Source: Pseudovirgaria hyperparasitica (taxonomy: Eukaryota). Taken from it: a stretch of 64,000 nt of DNA. Made by a program: the position numbers and the translations under genes. This document shows positions 40,501-53,589 of this stretch, in pieces (position 1 is the first letter of the stretch; every line of letters starts with the position of its first letter). The stretch lies in assembly GCA_010093815.1 (NCBI GenBank), contig ML996565.1. One strand, 5' to 3'. The notes below the pieces were generated by a model. That model was not told the DNA's origin. It saw only the letters and a list, made by a program, of their open reading frames with translations, and did not search any database.

Positions 40501-43500
40501 AGGGCTCTAGGAATATTAAAGTTCTTCGCCTACTATACCTTATGTTCTACTGTTCGGATCTCCTACGGAGGTACCACCTCTTCGTTAAATTTACTAAGGT
40601 ATAAGAATTCCTATACTAGTGCTTCCTCGCGATATAATAAGATTATATATAGTAACTTAAGTTCCGCGGGACATAGCTCTATTCTAATCTTTAGCTAACT
40701 TATATATAGAGGCGTTAGACGTGTTCCTAGCGGGATAGTTACCCTTTAAGGCTCTATTAGCCTATTAAACGCGTTAAGGCCTAGGTAGATAGCTAGAAGA
40801 AGTACCTACTATGCGATTACTCGTTCACGCTAGTCTAGATACCCTAATAGATTTCTAGGAACCTTTCGGTGGGCTTCGGAGTCATCTACGGGGTATACTT
40901 TAACTCCCTTTCTTTTATATATAGTGGCTATACTAAATCCCTTTAATACCCTAGATGAATACCGTCTTTAGAGGCTGGTAGAGCCTACTATAAGCCATTC
41001 TATTATCGTGCCTTATTTATATATAAAGGTAGTATACCTTACCGCCGTAACTAGGGCGGCTAAGTTATCTTTTCTTAATAACTAAGTAATATTTTTAGGC
41101 CGGATTTTCTCGGAAAGTAACTCTATATAACTTATTTCTATATCCGTATAAAAATATAGTCTATCCCCTTTATTAGTAGGTTTACCGGACTCTATTTAGT
41201 ACGGATTATTAGTTAAGGGTAGCCCTTAACTAATAATCCGGCTTAACTCCGGCTTCCGGCAATATACTCTACTATATAGTTAGTCTCTAGCTACGGAGTT
41301 ACCCTCCTTCTCTAAGACTAGAATATACTTATCTAGACTAGTTTCGAAGGTTATATATTCTTATCTATATACGGAGTAGACTATTAAGAGTACTTATCTA
41401 GAGGCTAACCTCTATACTATAAGTAAGGCCTATCTAGTATATAGCTCCCCTAGGATAAGGTTATAATTAAGTTTACTATACATGAATATTAAAGTAGCTA
41501 TAATAATCCGACCTATGCGGATAGGGTATTACTATACTATTCCTATAAATGGAGTACTATACTAAGTAGCGCTAACTAAACTTAAGTTCTTTATATATAG
41601 TAGAAGCGAAGATATCGCTAGCCTAAGACGCCTCGTAGTATCTAGTCGAATACCATTTACCTATACGCTACTATTAAATAGTACTATACTAGTCGCCCTT
41701 TTAGAACTAACTTCTATAGAGTACCTTAGATACTCGGCCACTAGCCTTACTATCCCTTCCTTAAGCTAATTAATATCTTATTACGTAATAGCCGTCCCTA
41801 TAGTATAGAGGGGTGCTAATATATTAAGTTTATTTATCTCGGGAGCCATAGTATAGTCATTTCTTCCTTTCTTCTCGGCTCTCTCTTCTCGAGCCTTATA
41901 GACCTCTCTAGCTATAAAGTCGGGGGCGCCCTTCTTAAATACCGCACGACGTAAGTCGCTATTAAGGCTTAATAGTTCGCTAATAGTAATGTTTATAGTT
42001 ATCCCTAGAACGCGTACCAGCCATGCTTCGCTAGCTTCTATGCTTAGCCGCTATCCTTCGCGTAGATAGTTATTAAGCTTAACGCCTTAGATACGTGCCT
42101 TTTAACTAGGATTTAGACTATCCCCTTTATCTATCTTATCCTCCGGCGCCGTTAGCTCTTATTTAGACATTCCCTAGTTACTACTCTTCTCGCCGTCCTT
42201 CTATTCCTTAATAATCCTTATATACTACCCTTCATGTATTCCGCGGAGATAGGCGATCTTTCTTTCCTTAGTATAATTAGATATACTCTTCGTAATCCCC
42301 CTTCTAGATATTACGAGTATAGCGGGCTCTTCTAGGGCTATCTCCTTATAGATATATCTATTACTAGCCACGTCGAAGCGTTCGTAGAATTCTATATATC
42401 TATCTTTCTTACTCTCGGGCGACGTGACTTCTTCTTCCGAATTACTATCCGCTAAGGTCTAGTAGGGACCCTTCGTAGGTTTTATACTAATACTATATAC
42501 TAGCACTCCCTATAAAGCGTTAATGTTTACTATAGACGTGGAAACCTTTACTCCTCCTCCGTACTAGCTTAGACCGTTTTAAACTATTACTATATAGTTC
42601 TAGATAGCTTATAGAGTAGCTTATAGCCCTACCGAGGAGGGTAGTAATAGGATTTCTTCTCCGTTCGCCCCGAAACGCCCTTAGAATACTTATACCCCGT
42701 TAATATTTAGTAATCCGTCTCTAATATATTCTACTATCTCCGGATATCTATATATTAGGTAATCTTCTCCGTACGTGATATATATAATTAGTCTTTAAGG
42801 TCTATTCTAGGCTATAACGCCTTCTTAGGAGTCTCGGGTAGAGACGTATTCTCTATTCTATATATAATTCTATAGATAAACTTACGTTAGTTCTATGGGC
42901 ATGCCTCGTACTTAGGGATGTGCTAAAAGATTTAGCCCTCGCGTCTACTAGTTAATAATGGCCGAAAGTAGCTTAGGTTTATACTTCTTAAGGGATAGAA
43001 ATAAGGGATTAGAGGTAAAGTAGGACTTTATCTTAATTAACGTGAGGTCTAGTTTACTAAATCTCTCTACTATCTTATTAAACTTATCCGATTCTAGTGT
43101 GACGTGTACTACGACTAGAGAGAGGTAGTTAAATTTATTAGTTCTTCTTTCTTTATATAACTACTCTTCTAAGCCGGTCTTCTTACTCCCTATCTTTAAT
43201 TTATGGTATATGGCTATGGCAAGCTCTTATGCGGCTAAGTACTTATTAATACGAGCTAGTTCCTTAAGTACTCTAGCCTTTCGTAATACGAAGCTATAGA
43301 TAATTATCTAGTCGTAACTATATACTTCTATCGTGAGTTAACATTTCTCTATAGCCCGAGCCTTAAGACTATTAGGTAGCCCTTCTAGGAAGAGCTCTAT
43401 TCGCGAATATAAGCTTAGGCTTCCTTTAGCCATAAGTTTCTCCGTAATAATACGATACCGGGAGTAGTATATAGGGAGAGAGTAGGATGGGTCTACTTTA

Positions 43501-44080
43501 ACTATTTCCATGTATTTTTAGATAAAGTGGATGGTGCCTTCCTCGAGGGTAGAGTTAAATAGAGAGAATTCCTTTAATAATTCTTCACGTAGCGTGGCCT
43601 ACTACTATTTCTAAAACCTACTTATTCCTTTAATAGTAGGACGGAGATAGTCCTTATAGTATAATAGTAGGGAGGTTATCTTCTTATTAGGCGGAACTTT
43701 ATAGTTTATATATATATTCTCGTACTTCCGAAGGAAGGCCGTAATGTTTATTCCTTTAAAGCGCTCGGGGGCTAGAGTAGATAGAGATACTATCCTTCCT
43801 TATCGCGTAAATGCTACGAAGAAGTTAAGTATCTCTCTACGAGTTACTAGGTCGTTGTTTTAAGCTTCTATCGCACTATTACTAGTAGTAGGTGTGCTAG
43901 TGGAGACGCTAGGGGTAAGGTTATTAGTTAAGGGATTACCTTAACTAAAGGTTAGCCTAATGCGTCTACCTATAACACCTATTATCCCTTCTCCATGTTA
44001 ACTAATCCCTTTATAAGGTGAACTATTACTATCGTCTTTATCGATATAAGGTTCACGGTATCCTACTTATATTATTATCT
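37569..44080 (-). pseudogene. A2 gag-pol
   Basis: Reverse complement of the A1 gag-pol. ORF-track 37686..37880 matches 23598..23792. Confidence 0.92.
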
Positions 44081-45834
44081 TTATATAAGGCGTTCCTAAA
44101 GTAGTATACTCGTATAGCCGTGTTTATAAATAATAGCTATGGTAGTACTAAATAGGTTATATTTATCGTTTTTGAACTCTTCTTTACTACTTTATCTAGC
44201 CCTATTTTATATTCTATTCCCCTAAGACATTTTCGAGTCGCGCTATTACCCGTGTTAGTATACGTATGCTTTTTACGGCTACTTCTAAGAGGCTAGCCCC
44301 TAGCGACTTCGGACTCCCTGTTTTCTAGACTCGTAGCTTCGATCTAGTAAGTCTAGACTACCTTATTAGGCACGCTATATACTTCCTCTAAGCTAGTTTC
44401 GGAGTCCTAATCTCCCCCTATAAGTTTGTAGTCCGGGTACGACCTCTAAAATTATGGTAAGCTATCGCCACGTATATCCCTTTTATAAATGGCTATGTTT
44501 CTAGTATAGTAGTCGCGACGAACTCACAAGTATCTCTCCTAGGTATTATAAGTTCTCTTTAAACGCACGACTTCTTATTAGTTCTCTTTTACGATAGGAC
44601 GGGTCTATATAATACTCTTAATTAATTCTTTAATAGCTAAGCCTAATAATTAATACCTATAGAGGCCTATGAACGTAAGGAAAGGTCGAATAGTCGAATA
44701 TTAGTAATGGGGAAAGCGCGCCGAGTAGAATGACCAAGGAAAACGCCCTCCTTAAATATACAATGAAGCTATGTAATCGAGCCAGGGACACATACATGTG
44801 GGGCTGTAGGAGCGGCCTTCCATACTAGAATAATAAACGTTATATCGCTAATTACTTACTCGGGTAAGCTAACGACCTCGCCCTACATAACGAATAATAT
44901 CGATATACTACTTATAGAGACCGTTCGACAAATATTTAGAATCTACGGCTATTAATATATTATATATACTAACATTAATAGGGATTACACGCACACGGTA
45001 AATAACTTAATATATAACATGGACTTATTACGTTTCACTTAGTAGATTATTACCGAGCTCTTCCGTTATAGCGTCATACTTAATCGCGTACTCTATATTT
45101 CTATATACGCCGCCTAACGTAATCTATTTAAAGGGATAGTTAGGAACTCGCTTCTAACTACACTTACCGCAGCGGATAAAGCTCGATTTAATACCCTACC
45201 TAAGCCGGTATAGAAGCTTGTCCAATGGCGTTCATAGGACGGTTCTTAGGGTTATAATAACGATATAGTCCTTATTAACCCGGTCTAAACTAATCGCTTC
45301 GGCTTCCTCTCGGAAGTAAACCGTAACGTCGTTACTATCACGCGCGCTAAATAGATAATAGTTATTATTACTAACTTCGTATCTCTTAAGAGGTAGAAAG
45401 TCCTAGACGGCGTACTTAGCGAGATATAGAATAAGTACTCTAAGATTTATACGATATACACGTGCACGACCCCCGACCTAGATGGCCTCCCTCCACTCTC
45501 TAATATACCTAATCCCTAATATAGTTACTCTATACTTAGTATTAGAGAGAGGGGAGAACGAAGCGATTAATAAACTACCGATAGTGCTAAGCCCCGTAAG
45601 CCGCTAGTCTACCGTAAATATAACGTCGAAGAATATAAGTCTATTAAGTATCTAAGAGGGTCGACGCTTACATGTAATAACTATTAGGACATTAGCTATA
45701 AAGCTAATGTTTACCCTAAACCCAAGACGCTTACGGGTACGTTTTACTATAATTATAGAACTACCGGTTATACTTGGCGTTATTGTCCTAGCCGCACTAA
45801 ATTACTAGCACGTATAAATGGTAATAATCTAGTT

Positions 45835-45921
45835 AATGCTACTGGAGCTAATACTACTAGAGCTAATGCTACTAGAACTAATACTACTAGAACTAATACT
45901 ACTAGAGCTAATACTACTAAT
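45835..45921 (+). repeat. 15-bp coding repeat (N-A-T-G-A) in the helicase tail
   Basis: aatgctactggagct-type unit, about 5-6 copies. Confidence 0.8.
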
Positions 45922-46899
45922 GAAGTAACTACTAGCGGCTAGGACGATAGAGACTATAAGGATACCGACCGAGACGGCGGTTTTACGACATATAAAGATA
46001 TAGAAGTTAATTAGTAATAGTATATAATTAGACTTACGTGTTAGGGCTACTTAGTTACGGCTTCTTAGTAAGTATACCTCTATATCCATTTTAGATATAG
46101 TTACGATATCCTACTAGGTAGATAGTTTAGCTCTATTAAAGACCTATTAAGGGTATTTCTATTATGTCTACTCTAGTATAGACGCGCTATTAGATAATAC
46201 GGCGCTACTAGGCACGTTAACTAGTACCCACCGATTAAGAAATAAACACGATTCTATATCTACCGTGAGCCCCGGCCTAATAACGTAGGCTTCCTTTAGT
46301 TATCCCCTTTATACTTTTAAAACTACTTCTAGCCTTTATATCGGGAGATATTACCACCTAAAGAGAAAATATAAAAAAACATACGCCCTAATTAAAGCCT
46401 CTATCTTTAGACTTTAACTATGATGTATACGGGATATAGTAAACCTAAATATCGTATACTTTAAAAGCATGGAAGGATACGATACTTGAATATAACGAAA
46501 TATAGGCTTACGATACTCGGAGAGTACCTAGGGATAAGTATATAAATATAAAATGGGATAAGACTAACGCGGTACCTCGTATATACGTAGCCATATACCG
46601 TCCTAGACGTAGTCGCCTACGATATGATATTACGAGATAAGAATCATGGCTATCTAATTCTATTAAGGGTATTAGACGATATAAAGTAAATAACTACACG
46701 CCCGACCACGCCACGCTAAGTTACGTACGTGTTATAAACGCGTATTCGAGGAATAATAAGGATATAAACGAGGTTCACCTAGTAGGTGCCTCGTTATTCC
46801 GGCTTCTACCTCTATCGTCCGATCTATACCTTCGTCTTTCTCACGCCTATAATATACTACACGTATACTATATAATTAGTCCGTAAATTATAAATACTA

Positions 46900-48245
46900 T
46901 ATTAACTACGTACGTTAACTATACATGATTAATATATCGAATCCGATTCTATAATAAAGTAACCGTCCAAATATAGTAATTACTATAGTACTACTTCGTA
47001 TCTTAAGCCTAGATATATAAGTAAAGCGTAAAGCTATGGAGGCGCGTATAAGGTAGCTATATATAGAAGTATATACGGCTACTCTACTCGTAGACTATAG
47101 GCGTTAAACTAAGAACGAGCTTAGCGTAAAAAGAGTACGTGAGATTATTAATAAGGTAGCGGGCGAATTCCTAGTAGTATAGAAAAGAGTAGTAGAGTGT
47201 ATAGAGATAAAGGCGCTATACTATATCTACGACTAGGTACGCACTATAGTATAGAAAACCGTATATTATAGAAAAACTATCTCCGAGTGTAAGAAGAGGC
47301 GCGTAATTATAGCTCTACATCCTACGACCTTATAATCCCCGCCTATTATGACCTTATAATCTCCGCCTATTGCGACCTTATAACCCCCGCCTATTATAAC
47401 CTTATAGCTCTCGTATACTACGACCTTATAGTCTATACTCGTAGCAGTCCTATAGCCTACTAACGTACATACTACGAGAAAAATTAAATTCATGATTAGG
47501 TTCGACGATAACGCATTCCTCGAAATACTAGTACCTATATCTAACTAGTAGAAAGACCATAGCGACGCTTCGTGTATTAATTTAGTAGTATTTATATAGT
47601 AAATTAGGGTCTAATACGTAACGAAGACTAGGAGGGCACTTAACTAGAGCCGTACTACTATATATTCTATCGTGCTAGTAGTCGAGTATATAATAAGTAA
47701 AACGGAACCAGAGGTAGATATTAGATGGCTCCTATAGTTAGTAATTAAATGTGTCCTAGAATATAGTAATAGTATAATACTCCTCGGCCTTAGATAGGAT
47801 ATAGATAGTATACCCGAAGTAAAACGAAATATAAACTAGCGACTAACACATGATAGTATAGATAGCTATATATAGGTTACGCTCGAATAAATCCGCCTCT
47901 CCGTCCCTAATACTACACTCGCTACGATTAGTATAATAATAGTAATAGAAAGCTACCGCCTATAACGGTAGAGATACCCATAGAGATAGTATTATAGGTA
48001 GTAGATAGCATTACCTAAACGACTTAACCCTTCCTCTAGCGATACTATATATACTACTATCGGTACCCGGGAAGTCGCGAGACCGACCTATAAGCTCTAA
48101 AGATAGTAACTTTAAAAGCCTTAAAAATACCTTAGATATAGAGGATATAGATGTCGCTTTCGAAGACTAATAGGATAATAAAAAGGGTACTAGAGGTAGT
48201 AAGAGTAGCGTGCGTACTTAGCTAAGGCGATACGATCCGACGTAA
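46900..48245 (+). pseudogene. Unknown ORF of element D with a 24-bp Pro-rich repeat (47322-47430)
   Basis: Coding-like plus frame containing acgaccttataatccccgcctatt-type units x4-5. Boundaries are approximate. Confidence 0.35.
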
Positions 48246-48579
48246 GACGGCTTCTATCTACTATATATTAGTATATACCCGATTCTACTAGCTATATAAC
48301 TATAGCGTATATATTTAGTTAAGATGTTATAATACTAGTATAAGCCGGCGTCTACCTAGTTCACGTCGGGATACGCCCGGTCCTACTAGCTATATTATTA
48401 CTATGACTATAATTATATAAGATCTACTCTAATAATTAAACATTTACTTATATACTTTACTTCCTCCGTACTTGTCGAAATTATATTATAATTACTAAAT
48501 ACGGCGACTTAACTCCTACCGCCTAAATCTAGTTTTTATATCTTGTCGCCATTAACGCCGTCTTACTACCTATAGCCTA

Positions 48580-51500
48580 AGTTATATATAGGAATAGATA
48601 GGCATAATAAGAGTCACGACTATCCTAGTTTAACTACTAGCTATAGAATGGCTAACCGTAACACGTATATACGACGTGCGGAGGCCTTAAGCGTTAGCGC
48701 CCTTCTACCTTACATCTAGTACCTCTAAGGCCTATATCTAATACCCGAAATAAGTCATGATATATATAGGGCTACTATTATTAAGATAGTAAGTAAAGAA
48801 GTAGTAATAGAGCTTGAAACTAGTAGTATAGACACTACTATACTCTATAGAATAGTTAAGGAAACCGTTACTAGAGAATTTAATTAGTATATCGCGGCTA
48901 TAAATGGTAAGTTAGTACCGACGGTTACGACTATAGATATAATAGAGGCTAAACTAGACATAGATACTATAGGTATAGGTACGTAGATATAGTTACCGCT
49001 AGAATATAAGGAGAAAGATAATATAGAAGATACTAAAATGGAAGACGACGTAGCTAGTATACTTAGACATATATATATACACACGGTCCTAGATACTAAC
49101 ATCAGAGTAGTATCGAAGATAGGTGCGGCTATAACCACCGACATAGATAATCCATCTATAAATATCGTCGTGTCTAGCGAAGCTTATCCACGCGTAAANN
49201 NNNNNNNNAGTAGTATCGAAGATAGGTGCGGCTATAACCACCGACATAGATAATCCATCTATAAATATCGTCGTGTCTAGCGAAGCTTATCCACGCGTAA
49301 ATATACTAGCTATAGAGATATAGTTATAGTTACCGTTAGAACATACGGAGAAAGAGAATGTGGAAGATACTAAAATGGAAGACGACGTAGCTAGTATACT
49401 TAGATACATATATATATACATGGTCCTAGATACTAACATTAGAGTAGTATCGAAGATAGGTGCGCCTATAATTACCGATATAGATAATTCCCCTACGAAT
49501 ACCGTCGTGCCTCTAGATACCAGCGAGACTTATCTATAGCTACTAGAAATAAAGAGGATACTCTCGGATAATATAGTAAACCTAGTCGATTCTCCGAAAC
49601 GCCTAAAACTAGAATATATTATACTACTAGATATCGACCGGTAGACATGTAAAAACCAGGAACTATTTAGGTTAGTAGATAATTTATATAGTAGATATAT
49701 ATCGGATAGTGTATTAGCGAACGGCCTTGACTTTAAAATCCTTTCTATAGATAACGACTCTAACGGAGACGAAGTAAAGCTAGATATAGAGAACTTAATT
49801 CCGGTAGATAACAATGTTAGTACGAAACTATAGGAAGCGTAAGTTATACTAAGAAGTAAGTAGGAATATATACTACTATACTAATATACCTATAGAATAT
49901 TCGCCGTTAATAACTCCGATAAAGTAGTCTAAGCTATCTCTTATTATACGGAAGAGATACGGTTACTTACTATAAGTATGTTTAGGCTTACGCTAGACGA
50001 TCTAATAAAGAAGTTCGGCCATATACCCACTCTATATCTAGCCTTTAGTATAAGTAGGTTATATAGGCCATAGGCCGGCTAGTTACTCGCGGTAGTTACT
50101 ATATTTAAGTAGCGGGCGGGTCCGTGGAAGTGCTAGATCTTAGTAGATGGCCTAGGGCTAGGGAAGATAATCGTGCTTATAACGTTTATCCGCCTCGCGT
50201 TTTATTAGGACTTTCTACGCGATAATATAGAACTTAATCTAGGAAATTACCTATAACCGACTTAAGACTCGGGCATGGATAGGAAGTGCCCGATATAATC
50301 TCTATATCTAATTAAATGTCCGTGTAGCTAGACCGATGATTTCGTCTATATACCCCGCCTTCGAGGACCATTTATACTATACTATCTAAGGTCCCTTCTA
50401 ATAGTGTATTGGCCGTAGCGCTTTAAACAGATATATAATAATACGGATAGCATGTTCACCGATTAAATCGATAAACGGAACCCGATAAAGATAATAGTGT
50501 GGCTGGTATACTCGAAAACCCTTACCGACGCCCCTAGTATCCGATAATTCTCGTATATAGACCGATAATACTTAGCTAAGAGATGCCTACACCCCGAATA
50601 GGAACATAGCGTCGATATTAGTAATACTACTAAATTCGAGACCAACGAGGAGTATATCGTTAGGGTATGGTCGATTCTAGTTAATAGGACCGCTACTACT
50701 AAATTTCCGTCGCGATACGCGAAGAACCATATAATCTATAGTACCGTCTAGAGTATAGAACCCTAATATCTTAAATCTTTTAAGGGACGCGTAGTTATAA
50801 GAGTAAAGAGGGCGAAATAATTCGGTACTAAAAACACTTAAACTCGCGAAGTAGTATTCCTTAGTATATTAATAGTAGACGAGTTCTATTCCGTAAAGAA
50901 CCCCGATATAAAATAGTATAAATATACGATATATAATACCCTTATATTTAGTATATAGGTTAGTGCAACGCCCCTCTCGAATAGTCTAGTAGATATTCTA
51001 GCGGCTATTAAGGTAGGTGCTCTAGATAAGTTACCTAACTATATCGACGATAATACTACTAAAAGAGTATTCGAGAGCCTATAGAATAAAACTATAAGGA
51101 AGATTATTATAACGTGGTTAAATAAACTCCTTAGTTTAATAAAAGGTAAGCTAGCGGACACGATGGCCGCGATAGTCCGTAGAGCATTAGAAACCATAGA
51201 AGGTAAGCGCACACTATGTATAGTAGCCGATTAGTATTTACTATTTATCCTATAACGGGGACTACTAACTAAATAGTTTAACGGAGAGGCATGTCTATCT
51301 ACGACATTAAAGCTAGTAGTAGAGTTTATATCTATCCCGGCTATAGAACTAGAGAAGATAATCGTACGGTTATACGAGAATAGAGGTAGATAGTTTAATA
51401 ATCTATAGTCTAACGGAACGCCGCGGGACTTATAGGTATAATCTACCGCCTAGAGTAAATCGAAAGGGGGTACCGGGTCCGGGCTTAACGCATACTACCA

Positions 51501-52390
51501 TTAGGCTAGGCTAGCTACTACGTATACACTACTTATATACCTTACTAATAAAAAGATAGAAGATAAGTAAATTAATATTACGCTTACGCGTCGGAGGGAT
51601 AGTAATAATAGTATACTAAGTAAGATAATCGCTAATCCCGTACGCAAAGCACTTCTATAGCTAGATAAGGCCATGCGAAAGGAGATGGTATCGCTAGCTA
51701 ATAAACACGCTTCGAAGGTAAACTAGATCTATAACTTTATTAATAATAACGTTTATAATAAAAGTACTAGACACGCGCGATAAACATCCGTCGACCGCCT
51801 AGAGAAAATCGTACTCGTATATGCCGTACCGGTAAGCTTAATATTCCTATACTTAGTAAGTATTTACACTGCCTACTAGTAACGTAATTCACTAATATAT
51901 ATAGGTACTACGTCCATATGCATAAGCGAAAATATTAGTATATTTACTAGCCGGCCTAAGTACGTCCGAATTAAATAAGGTATATAGATTATTTAGGTCG
52001 ACTAAGTCGGATTCTCCGTGTATTCTACTAGTATTAGCTTCGTAGGTCTACGAAGGATAAGACCTAATAGTCGCCGGTTTTATAGTATTAGTAGACTAAT
52101 ACTTATATAAGGAGACGTGGCCGTAGATAAGCATAAGATATTATCGCCATGGATAACATCGGCCTATAGTATATACGTATGCTTTGATTTTAGACTATTT
52201 AGAGGTTAAGGCTAGACTCGCCGCGTTAGGTAAGGCAATTAAAAGCATAAGAATATAAGCCTTGGACCTAGGAAAAGGAGATGCAGCTATGGTAGAGATA
52301 GCTATACCTAATATACTAGTAATAGGCGTACGCTTTAATTCCATAGAGATATAGTAGTATAGAAGTAAGTAAGGTAGTTAGTTAATTAGC
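48580..52390 (+). pseudogene. SNF2-family (SF2) ATPase, RIP-inactivated
   Basis: Motif I ILVDGLGLGKI (about 50137-50170; ADxxGLGKT); motif II IVDEFYSVKN (about 50872; DExH); motif III SATPLSN (about 50962); motif VI *G*TRRVR* (about 52208). The start is approximate. Confidence 0.85.
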
Positions 52391-52507
52391 TTCTAAGAGA
52401 CTAGATAGCATGGTAGTATAAATACGAACTACTATTTACTCGTGATTACATATCTATATATATCTATACGTAAAGAGAAATAAGATATTTATTCTATACC
52501 TTTATAT

Positions 52508-52818
52508 AGTAGGACGTTACTATATATGCCGGTATATAACGGAATATTCCGACATGCGCCGGTATATTATAGAATATTCCTAGATACTCGAAGTATAGTC
52601 GTAGTAAAAAGTAGCATTACTATTATATGCCGGCATATGGTAGAACGTTACTATATATACCGGTATATAACGGGATCATGTTCCGACATACTATACGCCG
52701 CTAGTATATTATAGAATATTCCTAGATACTTGAAGTATAGTCGTAATATAAAGTAGTATCGCTATACTATGCCGGCATTTAGTAGGACGTTACTATATAT
52801 ACCGGTATATAACGGGAT
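52508..52818. repeat. Subterminal repeat of about 135 bp x2.3, rich in ATGCCGG(C/T)AT
   Basis: agtaggacgttactatatatgccggtatataacgg recurs at 52508, about 52639 and about 52781. Confidence 0.85.
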
Positions 52819-52858
52819 TAAACGTTTTCTTAACATTCGATAGAACGATTCTAAAAGA

Positions 52859-53035
52859 ACTAGGACGGCTCTAGGAGAACTAGGACGACTCCGGGAGGAC
52901 TAGGACGACTCTAGAAGGATTAGGATAACTCTAGAAGTACCGGGACGACTCTAGGAGGATTAGGACAACTCTAGAAGTACCGGGACCCATTTAGGATAAC
53001 TTTAGAAGTATCGGGAGACCTAGAAGCATTGGGAG
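52859..53035. repeat. 20-bp subterminal tandem array of element D
   Basis: (C)TAGGACGACTCTAGGAGGA units x6-7 immediately before the terminus. Confidence 0.88.
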
Positions 53036-53589
53036 CGCCGTATCTTTCCTAATGTATAGGTTTCTATAGAGGAGTTTATAGCTATAAGGCGCGCTATATA
53101 GAATTTATAGCGTCGGAACGAAAGGCTAGAGACTTATATTATAAAGCTCTATACTATACTAAATAAGAACTAGCGGAAGAAATTAGATGTAACCATCGCG
53201 GTAATTAGTACTTCTACTCCTACTCCGACTTAATCGGTTTAGATCTATACTAATTAGTACTAATATATCTCTTTTATCTAGCGTTTTTAGTTTTTCGGTT
53301 TTAATTTTAAAGCGATCTTACTTCTTCTAGATAGATTAGTGCGAGTTTATATAGATCTATATAGATCTTTATATTTTCTTTTAGCTTTCTTAATTTTATC
53401 TTTCTTTAATAATAACTTTTTTAATCTCTTTAGTAATCTATACCAATCTATACTAATTGGCACTAATTTTTAATGTCCATTTCTCTTAGTAAATCATTTT
53501 TCTAAGTCTCTTTTTTAGTTAAATTTTTTAAAGTTCTAAGTTCGAACTTTCTAAGGAAGTTCCTTAATTCCTTAGAATATTTTAAAGAT

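Larger units (their letters stand above)
33386..44824 (-). mobile_element. Full-length Ty3/gypsy retrotransposon A2 (inverted copy of A1)
   Basis: LTRs at 33386-33757 and 44453-44824. 4-bp TSD CTAG. Collinear reverse complement of A1. Confidence 0.96.
29529..46016 (+). pseudogene. Upf1/DNA2/NAM7-like SF1 helicase with three C-terminal CCHC zinc knuckles, interrupted by the TRIM and by A2
   Basis: Walker A GYRGARKS (about 32379); motif Ia GLTNETYD; motif III VGDLR*L (about 33240). After A2: ISIYAA*, S*DGS*G, GFLSEVNRNVVTITRAK (about 45301-45351), and three C-x2-C-x4-H-x4-C spacings at 45608-45790. Confidence 0.85.
8356..53054 (+). mobile_element. Large Plavaka/CACTA-like DNA transposon D (left end hidden in N gap 7745-8355)
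   Basis: B2 breaks off at 7744 and resumes at 53055, only 227 bp further along in B1 coordinates. The interval holds a Plavaka transposase and ends with subterminal tandem arrays and ...CCTAATG. Confidence 0.72.

Noticed and set aside
49107..49300. About 90-bp exact duplication around the 10-N gap, and ORFs 49038..49253 and 48884..49144
   Set aside because: Contig-overlap artefact. The ORFs are fragments or shadows of the RIPed SNF2-region gene.
8356..53054. Starship or Helitron identity for element D
   Set aside because: No tyrosine-recombinase or Rep/PIF1 motifs were recognised. The helicase is Upf1-like and the transposase is Plavaka-type.
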